From contig JAVEES010000367.1 in assembly GCA_030840285.1 (NCBI GenBank), positions 1-45,725 of the forward strand: a DNA stretch of 45,725 nucleotides, read 5' to 3'. Of this stretch, positions 18,241 through 28,763 are shown piece after piece; within the stretch, counting starts at the first letter, position 1; each line of letters begins with the position of its first letter. A program made the translations under genes and the position numbers. The DNA is from Pseudonocardiales bacterium (GTDB lineage: Bacteria; Actinomycetota; Actinomycetes; Mycobacteriales; Jatrophihabitantaceae). Below the pieces are notes generated by a model that was given only the letters and a program-made list of their open reading frames with translations, was not told where the DNA came from and did not search any database.

Positions 18241-18262
18241 TGTCGGTGCTCTGTGGTGGTAT
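18241..18262 (+). promoter_or_regulatory. PafBC (RecA-NDp)-type promoter of adnAB
   Basis: TGTCGG-N10-TGGTAT, then 6 nt to GTG 18269; the -10 deviates from TANNNT. Confidence 0.6.
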
Positions 18263-18268
18263 TACGGG

Positions 18269-21200
18269 GTGCAATTCCACGGGCGAACGCAGCGGGTCGA
18301 CCACACATTCTCGGTGGTCCGGCCGCGGTGCGCCGTGCCCGTCGCGCCCCTTCTCGACGCCGACCAGCGCCGGGTTGTCGAGCACCGGGCCGGTCTGTTG
18401 CGGGTGCTCGCCGGACCGGGCACCGGAAAGACGACCACCCTGGTCGAGTCGGTGGTCGAGCGCGTCGAGGCTCGCGGTATACCGGTCGAGCAGCTACTGC
18501 TGCTCACCTTCTCCAGAGCGTCCGCAGGTGACCTGCGCGATCGCGTAACGGCACGGCTGCAGCGCACCATCTCCGAACCCGTCGCCCGCACCTTTCACTC
18601 CTACGCCTTCGGTTTGCTTCGCCAGGCGGCGGTGCTACGAGGCGAGCCGCCACCCCGGTTGCTCTCCAGTTCCGAGCAGGACGTCACGTTGCGGGAATTG
18701 CTTCTGGGGCGCATGGAGGCGGGACGTGATGACTGGCCGATAGAGCTCAGCGCGGCGATACGCACTCGCTCCTTCGTCGATGAGCTCTCCGATCTGCTGA
18801 TGCGGGCCGTCGAGCGTGATGTCCAGCCAGAGACGCTTCGGACCATCGGTTATCTGCGGGGTCGCGCTGACTGGGTCGCGGCCGCCGGTGTTCTCGATGA
18901 GTACCTGGACGTCACCGCCTTGCAGTCTCCCGGTGCCTTCGACGCACCCGAATTGATTCAGCGGGCGATCGGCGAACTGCGGGGCAATCCCGAACTGCTC
19001 GCGGCCGAACGCCGTAAGCGCCGCCGCATCTTTGTCGACGAGTACCAGGACACCGATCCATCTCAGACCGAACTGCTCAGGCTGATCGCCGCGGGGGCCG
19101 ATGAGCTCGTAGTGATCGGCGATCCGGATCAGTCGATCTATGCCTTCCGTGGCGCGGACCCGTATGCGATGGCCGAGGTCGAGACGCAGCTCGGCGAGGC
19201 GGTGACGGGTGGTTATGCGACGGTGTCCCTGTCGATCAGCCGGCGCACCGGGCGAACCCTGCTGGATGCGACCCGTCGGATCTCGGCCCGGCTACCCGGC
19301 CCACCCCAGCATCGCCGGCTAAGGCCGGCCGACGAGGCCGCCTCGAGCAGCCTTGGGGTTGCGGTGTTCTCATCGACCAGCCAAGAGGCGGCGTACCTGG
19401 CGACCGAATTGCGGCGCGCCCATTTCTCCGATGATGTCCCTTGGTCGCAGATGGCGGTGCTCACCAGGTCGACAGGACCGGTGCTGGATTCGCTGCGCCG
19501 TGGGCTGGCTGCCGCCGGAGTCCCGGTTGCCCGCGCGATGCGAGGTGCCCTTACCGATGAGCCGCTGATCGCGCGCCTGGTAGGCCTGCTTCGCTGCGTC
19601 GCCCGTCCGGACACGGTGACGGCGGAACTCGCCGAGGACTTGCTCACCGGCGTCGGTGGCGCCGACCCCCTTCAGATGACCCGTATCCAGCGCTATCTTC
19701 GCCGGATGCCGGGTGGTCCGGTGACGCTTGCGGACTTGATTCGCGAGCCAGCCGTCGCCGCCTTTCTGCCCGTGTCGCTGCGAGCGCCGGTCGAGCGGGT
19801 GCGGGCGATCATCGATGCGGGGGCTGCCGACCTGGACGTGACCAGCTCGGCCGAGGATGTGCTGTGGCAGGTATGGCAGGCCACCGGCCTGGCAGAGCGG
19901 CTGGAACGCCGCAGCCTTGCCAGGGGCGCCGACGGTGCCCGGGCGGATCGCGACCTCGACGCGGTGCTGGCGCTGTTCGCCGAGGCGGCAAAGGTATCGG
20001 ATCGCACGCCCGGCGGCGGTGTCCAGCAGCTGTACGAGTGGGTCGACCAGTTGCAGATCACGGACTCGGCAACCCGGCGCACGTCACAGGTCTCCGAGTC
20101 GGTTGCCATCGTGACCGCTCATGCCAGCAAGGGCCTGGAATGGGATGTGGTGTGCCTCGCGGGCGTTCAAGAGGGCGTGTGGCCCAATCTGCGCCAGCGA
20201 GGCTCGCTATTGGGAGCCGATCTGCTCGTCGATCTCGTCGCGCAGCGGCCGGCGGTCGCCTCGGGTCAGCTCGCCGAGCGGCTGAACGAGGAACGCCGGC
20301 TGTTCTATGTAGCAGCCACCCGCGCACGCCGAAAGTTGTATGTCACCGCGATAGCCACCGATGACAGCCAGCCGTCGGCCTTCCTCGACGAGCTGGATCC
20401 CAGCGAAATCGCGCGCCCGGTCATCGCCGCTCAGCGCAGGTTCGTGCTGCCGGGCATGGTCGCCGAATTGCGGGCGGCCCTGCTTGATCCGGCGTGCGCC
20501 GACAGCGACCGGGCCGCCGCGGCCGATGGCCTGGCCAGGCTGGCCCGCGCCGGCGTCCAAGGCGCCGACCCGGACGACTGGTGGGGCCTGGCCGACCCAT
20601 CGACCAGCGAGCCGATCCGAAATCCGAAGGACGGACCGGTGCCGATCCGCCCGTCGCGGTTCGAGGCGTATCTGGATTGCGAGCTCAAAGCGTTGCTCAC
20701 CGAGCTTGGCGCCGTCGATGCATCCGATCAGGTGGCCGCATCGCTAGGCACCCTGATCCATTCGGTGGCCGAGCAGGCGCCGGACGATGCGCCGATCGAG
20801 AAGCTGCGCGAACTACTCGACGAGGGCTGGGACCGGTTGCAGTTCAACGCTCCCTGGCAGCGCGCGGGTGAGCGGCAGCGCGCCGAAGAGATGCTGGCCA
20901 AGCTGGGCCGATGGCTGAGCGACTCACGCGCGGAACTCTCGGTCCTCGGGCGGGAGACGGCTTTCTCCGTCGTGGTAGGCGATGCCGAACTCGCGGGAAA
21001 GGTCGACCGTCTGGAACGCGACCGTGACGGAAGGCTGGTGGTGATCGATTTCAAGACGGGCAAGAGCAAACCCACCAACGAGAAGGTGCTGGAGCATCCG
21101 CAACTGGCTGCCTACCAGCTCGCTGTCGAGGCCGGCGGATTCACGCAGCAGGCCACGGACGCGCCCCCGTCCGAATCGGGCGGCGCTCGGCTGGTGCAAC

Positions 21201-21406
21201 TCGGCGCGGGCGCCGGTGCCGTCCAGCAGAACCAACCGCCCCTGCGCTCAGCCGAGGATCCGGACTGGGTGCGCGATGAGTTGGCTCGAATCGCGGCGGT
21301 GCTGCGCGGAAACAGCGTCTCGGCCAGAGTGGGCACGGCATGCAGCAACTGCAAGGTGAAGCTCAACTGCCCCGCCCAGCTCGAAGGCAGGTCGGTGACC
21401 CAATGA
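18269..21406 (+). CDS. adnA: AdnA helicase-nuclease subunit
   Basis: AGPGTGKT, VDEYQD, HASKGLEW, EERRLFYVA; RecB nuclease GKVDRL...IDFKTG with Fe-S Cys (YLDC...CSNCKVKLNC). Confidence 0.92.
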   Translation: MQFHGRTQRVDHTFSVVRPRCAVPVAPLLDADQRRVVEHRAGLLRVLAGPGTGKTTTLVESVVERVEARGIPVEQLLLLTFSRASAGDLRDRVTARLQRTISEPVARTFHSYAFGLLRQAAVLRGEPPPRLLSSSEQDVTLRELLLGRMEAGRDDWPIELSAAIRTRSFVDELSDLLMRAVERDVQPETLRTIGYLRGRADWVAAAGVLDEYLDVTALQSPGAFDAPELIQRAIGELRGNPELLAAERRKRRRIFVDEYQDTDPSQTELLRLIAAGADELVVIGDPDQSIYAFRGADPYAMAEVETQLGEAVTGGYATVSLSISRRTGRTLLDATRRISARLPGPPQHRRLRPADEAASSSLGVAVFSSTSQEAAYLATELRRAHFSDDVPWSQMAVLTRSTGPVLDSLRRGLAAAGVPVARAMRGALTDEPLIARLVGLLRCVARPDTVTAELAEDLLTGVGGADPLQMTRIQRYLRRMPGGPVTLADLIREPAVAAFLPVSLRAPVERVRAIIDAGAADLDVTSSAEDVLWQVWQATGLAERLERRSLARGADGARADRDLDAVLALFAEAAKVSDRTPGGGVQQLYEWVDQLQITDSATRRTSQVSESVAIVTAHASKGLEWDVVCLAGVQEGVWPNLRQRGSLLGADLLVDLVAQRPAVASGQLAERLNEERRLFYVAATRARRKLYVTAIATDDSQPSAFLDELDPSEIARPVIAAQRRFVLPGMVAELRAALLDPACADSDRAAAADGLARLARAGVQGADPDDWWGLADPSTSEPIRNPKDGPVPIRPSRFEAYLDCELKALLTELGAVDASDQVAASLGTLIHSVAEQAPDDAPIEKLRELLDEGWDRLQFNAPWQRAGERQRAEEMLAKLGRWLSDSRAELSVLGRETAFSVVVGDAELAGKVDRLERDRDGRLVVIDFKTGKSKPTNEKVLEHPQLAAYQLAVEAGGFTQQATDAPPSESGGARLVQLGAGAGAVQQNQPPLRSAEDPDWVRDELARIAAVLRGNSVSARVGTACSNCKVKLNCPAQLEGRSVTQ

Positions 21407-24400
21407 CCACCGGCCCAATGCCGCGTCCGGCGGCGACACCACCTGGTCTGCTCTCACCCGGCGAGGTGGCGCAACGGCTGGGTTCGCGGTTTGCGCCCAC
21501 CGCCGAGCAGTCCGCGATCATCGCCGCGCCGTTGGAACCCGCAGTCGTCATCGCCGGGGCGGGTTCGGGCAAGACCGAAACCATGGCCGCGCGCGTCGTG
21601 TGGCTGGTTGCCAACGGTTTGGTGCAACCCGAAAGGGTTCTCGGCCTCACCTTCACCCGCAAGGCGGCCGGTGAGCTGCAGCAACGCGTCCGCAGCAGAT
21701 TGCACGCTTGGCACCGCAGCTATCCGCTGGGCGAAGCGCCGGTGGCCGAGCCGACGGTGCTGACCTATGCCGCCTACGCGGCCAGGCTGGTAGACGAACA
21801 CGGCATGCTGCTGGGCGCCGAACCCGGCTCCCGGCTGCTCAGCGAGGCCGCCCGCTGGCAAGTTGCTGACGCGGTGGTCCGCCGCTTCGACGGCTCGTTC
21901 TCGGTGCCGCCGGGCGTGCCGGCTTCGGTAACCGGCTACCTGCTGGATCTCGCCGGACAGCTGGCGGATCACCTCGTCGACGTGCAGGACGTTGGCCGCT
22001 TCACCGACGACTTGCTAGCTCGCCTCGAGGAATTGCCGCTCAGCCCCCTTTCCAAGGGAAAGCCCTGGCCCGCGGACCTCAACACGATGGTCAACACCTT
22101 GTTGCAGCGCCGTGATCTGATTCCCCTGCTCGATCGATTCGCCGAGGCCAAGCGGGCTGAAGGTGCCGTCGACTTCTCAGATCACATGGTGATGGCAGCC
22201 CGGCTGGCACGGCTGGACACCGTCTCGGAAACCCAGCGGTCACGTTTCGATGTCGTGCTGCTGGACGAATATCAGGACACCGGTCATGCCCAGATCGAGA
22301 TGCTCGCGTCGTTGTTCGCCGATGGCCGACCGGTGACAGCCGTCGGGGATCCGCTGCAATCGATCTACGGGTGGCGTGGCGCCAGCGCGAGCAACATTCG
22401 CAGGTTTACCGACAGGTTCCGCACGCGTGCCGGGCTGCCCGCGCCGTCCTATGCGTTGATGACGAGTTGGCGCAATGACCGCAACATCCTGCTGAGCGCG
22501 AATCACTTGGCGAGCACGCTGCGGACGCCTTCCGACGGTGAACTGGTCGAACGTGCCGGTGCCGGTTCCGGACGGGTGGTGATCAGCTTCGCCGAGACCG
22601 AGCCGGACGAGGCGCAATGGATCGCTGAACGCCTGCGCGCGGAGTGGGATGAGCGGCGCGATTGGATCGATGACAGCAAAACCCTAGCTGTGCTGGTTCG
22701 AAAACGTTCGATCATCGGGGCCGTGGCATTGGCGCTGCAAGAGGCCGGTTTGCCGGTCGAGGTGGTGGATCTGGGCGGCCTGATCACGCTGCCTGAAATC
22801 GCCGATGTGGTGGCGACCCTGCGGGTCCTGGTGGACCACAGCGCGGGCGGCTCCTTGGCACGGTTGCTGACCGGCGCTCGGTGGCGGATCGGACCGGCGG
22901 ATCTGGTGGCGCTACAGAGCCGCGCTCGCCAGCTGGCGAGGATGACCGGCGCCCTGCTCACCGCCCACACCGGCGTCCCGGCAGAGGACGAGGAGCGCGT
23001 CGATCCCTCGCTCGTCGAGGCCCTTGATGACCTCGGGGAACCGGACCGGTACTCCGCGCAAGGCTACCGGCGCATGCATCGACTCGCTGGGGAACTTCGC
23101 AGGCTGCGCCGCCGGCTGGACCTGCCGCTACCCGACCTGATCGATGAGATCCAACGCGTAACGGGACTCGACATCGAGGTCGCGGCACGCCCGACCAGTG
23201 AGTCGGTCGGCCGCGCGAACCTCGATCGGTTCTGCGACGAGGCTGCGCGCTTTGCCAGCGAACGGGCGATCGGCGCCGGACCGGTGCAGATCGCCGCGTT
23301 CCTGGGCTACCTCGCCGCTGCCGAGGATGAAGAATACGGCTTGAAACCCGCCGTCACCGAGGTGCACAGCGATCGCGTTCAAGTCCTCACCATCCACGGC
23401 GCGAAGGGCCTCGAATGGGACGTGGTGGCGATCGCCGGTATGTATGAAGGCGGATTCCCGTCCACCCCCAAGACCCACAACTGGACGCGCGTGCGCGCGT
23501 TGTTGCCCTCGCCGTTGCGTGGCGACGGCATCGATCTGCCGCCATTGGTATTCGAGGGCGCAGCAGACCGGCGCGAGGCCGACAAGCGGGTGAAGGCTCA
23601 CCACGCCGAACTGGGGGAGCGATTCCGTGCTGAGGAACGCCGCCTTGCCTATGTCGCGCTCACTCGTTCCCGCAGGGCGCTCTACTGCTCGGGTGCGCGC
23701 TGGGGTAACGGCAAGACGGCGCGTGAGCCCTCGGCATTCCTCGTTGAGCTTGCCGAGCTGTCAACCGGACAGGCTTCCACAGTGCAAATAGACGGTTGGC
23801 AAGCCAAGTTCGACGGTGCGGACAACCCCCTGCTGACGCAGCGGAAAGAGACCGCCTGGCCGCGAGATCCAGTTGCGGATCGTCCGGCCCTGTCGGCGGC
23901 CGCGGAGCTGGTGCGAGCGGCCGGTCAGGCGCTGGAGGAAGGGCTCTCGCACAGCGAGAAGCCAAGTGCGAGAGCCCTGCTGTGGCGCCGAGACGTGGAG
24001 CTGTTGCTTGCCGAACGCGCCGCGGCGGCCGACCAGCCCGTCATCGAAGTGGTGTTGCCCGACCACCTTTCGGCCTCGCAGGTGGTGGAACTTTCAGCCG
24101 ATGAGCAGGATTTCGCCCGAAGGCTCCGGCGGCCTCTTCCACAGCGCCCCGCCAAGCAGGCTCGCCGGGGGACTGCGTTTCACAGCTGGCTGGAACAGCG
24201 CTGGAGTGCCGACACGCTGCTTGATATCGACGAGCTGCCCGGGGCTGTGGATGAGGTCATCGACGACCGTGAGCTCGAACGCCTGAAGGCCGTCTTCGAG
24301 GCGAGCGAGTGGGCGGCACGCACTCCCGTGGCCGTCGAAGTTCCGTTCGAGATGACCTTCGGCGCAAGGGTGGTTCGTGGCCGGATGGACGCTGTGTTCG

Positions 24401-24660
24401 CCGAGCCGGGTGGCCGTTACACCGTCGTGGACTGGAAGACCGGACAGCCGCCGCGGGGTTCGGATGCGGCGGCGAAGGCCGTCCAGCTCGCGTTGTACCG
24501 GCTGGCCTGGGCGCGCTTGAACGGCATCTCCGACGCCGAGATTCACCGCGTCGGGGCGGCGTTCCACTACGTGCCGGCCGGGCTTACCGTTGCTCCCGCC
24601 GACCTGCTCGGCGCAGAACAACTCCGCGCCCTGCTCGAAGGCACCGCGGCGCCCGACTAG
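21403..24660 (+). CDS. adnB: AdnB helicase-nuclease subunit
   Basis: ATGA overlap with adnA; AGAGSGKTETMAARVVWLVANG, LDEYQDT, HGAKGLEW and RGRMDAVF...VDWKTG. Confidence 0.94.
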   Translation: MTTGPMPRPAATPPGLLSPGEVAQRLGSRFAPTAEQSAIIAAPLEPAVVIAGAGSGKTETMAARVVWLVANGLVQPERVLGLTFTRKAAGELQQRVRSRLHAWHRSYPLGEAPVAEPTVLTYAAYAARLVDEHGMLLGAEPGSRLLSEAARWQVADAVVRRFDGSFSVPPGVPASVTGYLLDLAGQLADHLVDVQDVGRFTDDLLARLEELPLSPLSKGKPWPADLNTMVNTLLQRRDLIPLLDRFAEAKRAEGAVDFSDHMVMAARLARLDTVSETQRSRFDVVLLDEYQDTGHAQIEMLASLFADGRPVTAVGDPLQSIYGWRGASASNIRRFTDRFRTRAGLPAPSYALMTSWRNDRNILLSANHLASTLRTPSDGELVERAGAGSGRVVISFAETEPDEAQWIAERLRAEWDERRDWIDDSKTLAVLVRKRSIIGAVALALQEAGLPVEVVDLGGLITLPEIADVVATLRVLVDHSAGGSLARLLTGARWRIGPADLVALQSRARQLARMTGALLTAHTGVPAEDEERVDPSLVEALDDLGEPDRYSAQGYRRMHRLAGELRRLRRRLDLPLPDLIDEIQRVTGLDIEVAARPTSESVGRANLDRFCDEAARFASERAIGAGPVQIAAFLGYLAAAEDEEYGLKPAVTEVHSDRVQVLTIHGAKGLEWDVVAIAGMYEGGFPSTPKTHNWTRVRALLPSPLRGDGIDLPPLVFEGAADRREADKRVKAHHAELGERFRAEERRLAYVALTRSRRALYCSGARWGNGKTAREPSAFLVELAELSTGQASTVQIDGWQAKFDGADNPLLTQRKETAWPRDPVADRPALSAAAELVRAAGQALEEGLSHSEKPSARALLWRRDVELLLAERAAAADQPVIEVVLPDHLSASQVVELSADEQDFARRLRRPLPQRPAKQARRGTAFHSWLEQRWSADTLLDIDELPGAVDEVIDDRELERLKAVFEASEWAARTPVAVEVPFEMTFGARVVRGRMDAVFAEPGGRYTVVDWKTGQPPRGSDAAAKAVQLALYRLAWARLNGISDAEIHRVGAAFHYVPAGLTVAPADLLGAEQLRALLEGTAAPD

Positions 24661-24763
24661 AGCCGCGCCCGCGGACCCACGCTCGGCGGATTCATCGCGA
24701 CTTCATCACCGCTTCGCCCGGAGCTGACCGAGCGCCTGGACGCAGGGCGGTTAGCCTGGTCCG

Positions 24764-26170
24764 GTGACCGATGTACGCACCTTCGTGACAGACCACCGAA
24801 CCGATCTGCTCGCTGATCTGGACGCCTGGCTGCGGATACCCGGAATCAGCGCACAGCCAGAACATCGGGCCGATGTCGAGCGCAGCGCGCAGTGGCTCGC
24901 CGAGGCGTTTCAGCGCACCGGATTCCCCACCGTCGAGATCTGGCCGACCGCTGGAATGCCGGCTGTCTACGCCGAATGGCCCGCTTCCGACGCGTCCGAT
25001 GACACGCCAACCGTGCTGGTGTACGGGCACCACGACGTCCAGCCCGTCGACCCGATCGAGCTGTGGCGCACGGATCCGTTCCTACCGACGATCGACGGCC
25101 AGGTACTGCGAGCTCGGGGCGCCTCCGATGACAAGGGCCAGTTGCTCTTCCACCTCCTGGGCGCTCGAGCGCACCTGGCCGCCACCGGTCGGACAAGTCC
25201 AGCGGTAAACCTGAAATTCCTGATCGAGGGCGAGGAGGAATCCGGCTCGCCCCACTTCCAGCGGCTACTTGAAGAGCACTCCGCGCGGCTGTCCTGCGAC
25301 GCGGTCGTGGTTACCGATACGGGCATGATCGCCGAGGACGTCCCCAGTGCCGTCACGGGCATGCGCGGTCTGGTGGTCGCAACCGTGAAGTTCCACGGCC
25401 CCGATCTGGACCTGCACTCCGGATCCTTCGGTGGCGCCGTTCCGAACCCCGCGACGGCCATCGCCAGATTGGCCGGGGCGCTGCACGACGAGCAGGGACA
25501 TGTTCTGGTGCCTGGCTTCTATGACGACGTGCGAGCGCTCAGCCACGAGGAGCAGCAACTGATCGCTCGCGTTCCCTTCGGCGAAGCGGACTTTCTGGCC
25601 ACCAGCCAATCGAGGGCGCTCGCAGGCGAGGCCGGCTACTCGACACTGGAGCGGCTCGGTGCCCGCCCGACCGCAGAGGTGAACGGCATCGGCGGCGGAT
25701 ACCAGGGCGAGGGTGGCAAGACGATCGTTCCCAGTGACGCCTTCGTCAAACTGTCCTTCCGGCTGGTGGCCGACCAGCGGCCCGCGGCGATCCAGCGAGC
25801 GGTCGAGGACTTCGTGGAAGCACGGGTGCCGGCCGGCATCACCCACAGCATCGAATGGGAAGGCGACGGGGTCGCGCCGTGCGTGGTCGGCATCGACACC
25901 CCGGCATTCGGCGCGCTGTCCCGCGCTATCCTCGCAGCCTTCGACGCCGAGGTCGTGCTGCCCACCCGCGAGGGCGGTTCTGGACCGGAGGCAGCGCTCG
26001 AACAGGCGCTCGGAGTGCCCCTGGTCTTTCTCGGAGTCGGCCTGCCCGATGACCAGATCCATGCGCCGAATGAGAAGGTGACACTGTCGATGCTCTTCAA
26101 AGGCGCCGAGGCTGCAGCACACTTGTGGCAGGAGTTCGCGGCGATCGGGCGCGCGGGGCTGAAGGGCTGA
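24764..26170 (+). CDS. M20-family dipeptidase
   Basis: YGHHDVQP, RGASDDKG, EGEEESGS, DLHSGSFGG and HAPNE. Confidence 0.93.
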   Translation: MTDVRTFVTDHRTDLLADLDAWLRIPGISAQPEHRADVERSAQWLAEAFQRTGFPTVEIWPTAGMPAVYAEWPASDASDDTPTVLVYGHHDVQPVDPIELWRTDPFLPTIDGQVLRARGASDDKGQLLFHLLGARAHLAATGRTSPAVNLKFLIEGEEESGSPHFQRLLEEHSARLSCDAVVVTDTGMIAEDVPSAVTGMRGLVVATVKFHGPDLDLHSGSFGGAVPNPATAIARLAGALHDEQGHVLVPGFYDDVRALSHEEQQLIARVPFGEADFLATSQSRALAGEAGYSTLERLGARPTAEVNGIGGGYQGEGGKTIVPSDAFVKLSFRLVADQRPAAIQRAVEDFVEARVPAGITHSIEWEGDGVAPCVVGIDTPAFGALSRAILAAFDAEVVLPTREGGSGPEAALEQALGVPLVFLGVGLPDDQIHAPNEKVTLSMLFKGAEAAAHLWQEFAAIGRAGLKG

Positions 26171-26174
26171 CAGG

Positions 26175-27308
26175 ATGACCAACGGTGATCCGGGCAGCCC
26201 CACGCCACCCGACTCCCCACAGTGGTGGGATCCCACTCAGCCCGGACGGCCGGAGCCAGGCTGGAACCCGACGAGACCGCCGGACGCTCCACAGACCTGG
26301 GAATCTCCGGAACCAGATCAGCCATGGGCCTCAGCGCCGCCGGCATCCTCCTTCGCCACCACGCCGCAGACCTGGTCCACCCCACAAGCTCCCGGCGCGT
26401 GGCGCCCACCGGACACCTTTGGCACCCGTCCCGCCGCGGCTGAGCAGGCCGAGTGGCAGAACCATCCCGGTTGGGGGCAACCTCAGCAGCCGTCGCCGCG
26501 CCGGCGGACCGGGCTGTGGTTGACGGTGGCGCTCATCGCCGCCGTGCTTCTCGTGGTGGCCCTCGTCAACGCAACCCGCAATCGCGGCAATGACTCCGCG
26601 GCGGTCGGTCCCCAACTACCGCTGCCGGCAACCAGCGCGCCGAACCAGCCGAGCCAGCCAAACCCTGGCCCGTCCGGCGGTTCGGGTGGATCTGGGGCGA
26701 CTCCTGTTCCTGCCGTGTCCTGTCCGGTGATCCGGGACGAGGAGTCGCATATCTCCTACCGCTGCGTCGACAACTACCTGGTCCAGGGACTGTCGGACAA
26801 CTACCTCGGTTTGCGCATCTCGCTCAACCACGAGGTCGAGCCGAATTGGGTGATCAGCGAGGGCTCCGGAAATCCGAAGAGCCTCGCCACCCCGCCGCCG
26901 AACAACACCATCGACTTCCGCCAGGGGCCACCGGCCGCTCCCAGCGCCGGCCCAGCCACGACACCGAGCCCTGCCGCGGTGCCCACCTTGGCAGCCGTCG
27001 AGCAAGAGGTCCGCAGGCGTACCTCGCTCGCCTTGGAGCAGGCCTACGGGAGCAGCCCGACATTCACCAGCCTCGGTGAGCGAACCCGCACCTTCTCGGG
27101 CGTCACCGGATTCCAGCTGGCTACCAATATCACGATCAATCCGGCGTACCGCGCCGCGCGTGGACTGAAGGCCACATCCGAGCGGCTCTGGGTTGTCGGC
27201 ATCCCCACCAAGGCGGGCGTGAGCATCTTCATGCTGTCCATTCCCAACGCTCGATCGGACTTGTGGCCGAAGGCCGATGCGACGATCGGCTCGATCACCG
27301 TCATCTGA
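26175..27308 (+). CDS. Hypothetical single-pass membrane protein with Pro/Trp-rich cytoplasmic N-terminus
   Basis: Pro-rich N-terminus, RRR then TM (TGLWLTVALIAAVLLVVALV), extracellular domain with two Cys; starts 4 nt after the dipeptidase stop. Confidence 0.7.
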   Translation: MTNGDPGSPTPPDSPQWWDPTQPGRPEPGWNPTRPPDAPQTWESPEPDQPWASAPPASSFATTPQTWSTPQAPGAWRPPDTFGTRPAAAEQAEWQNHPGWGQPQQPSPRRRTGLWLTVALIAAVLLVVALVNATRNRGNDSAAVGPQLPLPATSAPNQPSQPNPGPSGGSGGSGATPVPAVSCPVIRDEESHISYRCVDNYLVQGLSDNYLGLRISLNHEVEPNWVISEGSGNPKSLATPPPNNTIDFRQGPPAAPSAGPATTPSPAAVPTLAAVEQEVRRRTSLALEQAYGSSPTFTSLGERTRTFSGVTGFQLATNITINPAYRAARGLKATSERLWVVGIPTKAGVSIFMLSIPNARSDLWPKADATIGSITVI

Positions 27309-27337
27309 GAGCGTGTCCGGGAATGATCGCCGGCTCG

Positions 27338-27381
27338 CTCGTCGATCCTCCGCCGTCCCTCGTCGATCCTCCGCCGTCCCT
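27338..27381. repeat. Perfect 21-bp tandem duplication (intergenic)
   Basis: CTCGTCGATCCTCCGCCGTCC twice. Confidence 0.85.
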
Positions 27382-27434
27382 AGACCGGCGTGGACGTGCG
27401 GGCCCGGTCCGGGCAACTGACTAGGGTGAAGCCC

Positions 27435-28763
27435 GTGCCCTCAAACAAGCCAGCAGTCGCAGGCGGCGCCGCCTTGCGTGCAGTGAGCTTCGAGCTCGTC
27501 CATCACACCCTCGGCAACGGACTTCGGGTGGTGCTGGCCCCGGACCGAAGCGCGCCGGTGGTGGGAATCTCGGTTCTCTACGACGTCGGTTTCCGGTCCG
27601 AACCCGAAGGCCGGACGGGGTTCGCCCACCTCTTCGAGCACCTGATGTTCCAGGGCTCAGCCAACCTGGAGAAGCTCGAACACTTCCGGTACGTGCAGGC
27701 CTCGGGAGGCATCTTCAACGGAAGCACCCATCTGGACTACACGAACTACTTCGAGTCGCTGCCCTCCAACGCCTTCGAACGCGGGCTGTTTCTCGAGGCC
27801 GACCGGATGCGATCGCCGCGCATCACCGATGAGAACATGGCCAACCAGATCGCCGTCGTCAAGGAAGAGATCCGGGTCAACGTCCTCAACCGTCCCTACG
27901 GCGGCTTCCCGTGGCTGGTGCTGCCGCCCGTCCTGTTCGACACCTTCCCCAACGCGCACAACGGATACGGCGGCTTCGAGGATCTGCAGAACGCGACCGT
28001 GCAGGACGCCAGCACCTTCTTCGACAGTTACTACGCTCCCGCCAACGCGGTGCTCTGTGTCGCTGGAGACTTCGATTCCGATAATGCCGTGGAGCTGATC
28101 GAAAGGCACTTCGCCGGCATCCGCCGCCGCAAGAAGCCGGTGCGGCCAGATTTCTCCGAGTCCCTGCTGATCGAGGAGCGGCGAGCGACCGTCGTGGACC
28201 CGCTGGCCCCGATGCCGGCGCTGGCCCTGGGCTACCGCGTCCCCGATCCGGGAGTGGACCTGCACACCTATCTCGCGACGCTGCTGCTCGCCGAGATCCT
28301 CTCCGACGGCGATGCCTCGCGACTTCAGCGCACCCTCGTGCAATCCAAGCGGCTGGTCACCGACATCGGTGCCTATCTCGGCACGTTCGGCGATCCGCTG
28401 GAAGAGCGAGACCCGACCCGACTGAACATCACGGCGCACTACCCGGACCGCTCGGCGACCGACCGGATCATCGCAGCCGTTGACGATGAGCTCGACCGGC
28501 TCGCGATGGCCGGCCCCGAACCCGGCGAACTCGACCGGGTCCGCACGAAGCTAGCGGCGACGGTCTATCGCGAACTGGACCAGGTCATGAATCGAAGCCT
28601 GGAGTTTGCCAAGTTCGAACTGCTGTTCGGCAAGGCATCCTTGATCCTCGGCCTGCCCGGTCTACTTGCCGAGATCACCGACGACGACATCCGAGCCGCT
28701 GCCGGCCGCCTGATTCCGGCCAGCCGGGCCGTCGTCGAACTCATCCCCGGAGGCAGCGCATGA
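27435..28763 (+). CDS. M16 (pitrilysin-family) zinc peptidase, catalytic subunit
   Basis: GFAHLFEHLMFQGS (HXXEH), NGST and VKEE; TAGGGT-N7-GTG. Confidence 0.92.
   Translation: MPSNKPAVAGGAALRAVSFELVHHTLGNGLRVVLAPDRSAPVVGISVLYDVGFRSEPEGRTGFAHLFEHLMFQGSANLEKLEHFRYVQASGGIFNGSTHLDYTNYFESLPSNAFERGLFLEADRMRSPRITDENMANQIAVVKEEIRVNVLNRPYGGFPWLVLPPVLFDTFPNAHNGYGGFEDLQNATVQDASTFFDSYYAPANAVLCVAGDFDSDNAVELIERHFAGIRRRKKPVRPDFSESLLIEERRATVVDPLAPMPALALGYRVPDPGVDLHTYLATLLLAEILSDGDASRLQRTLVQSKRLVTDIGAYLGTFGDPLEERDPTRLNITAHYPDRSATDRIIAAVDDELDRLAMAGPEPGELDRVRTKLAATVYRELDQVMNRSLEFAKFELLFGKASLILGLPGLLAEITDDDIRAAAGRLIPASRAVVELIPGGSA

Noticed and set aside
27319-27344. SigH/SigE promoter (GGGAAT...CGTCG) for the M16 pair
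   Set aside because: The -10 is GTC rather than GTT with short spacing, and a TAGGGT leaderless promoter already explains expression.
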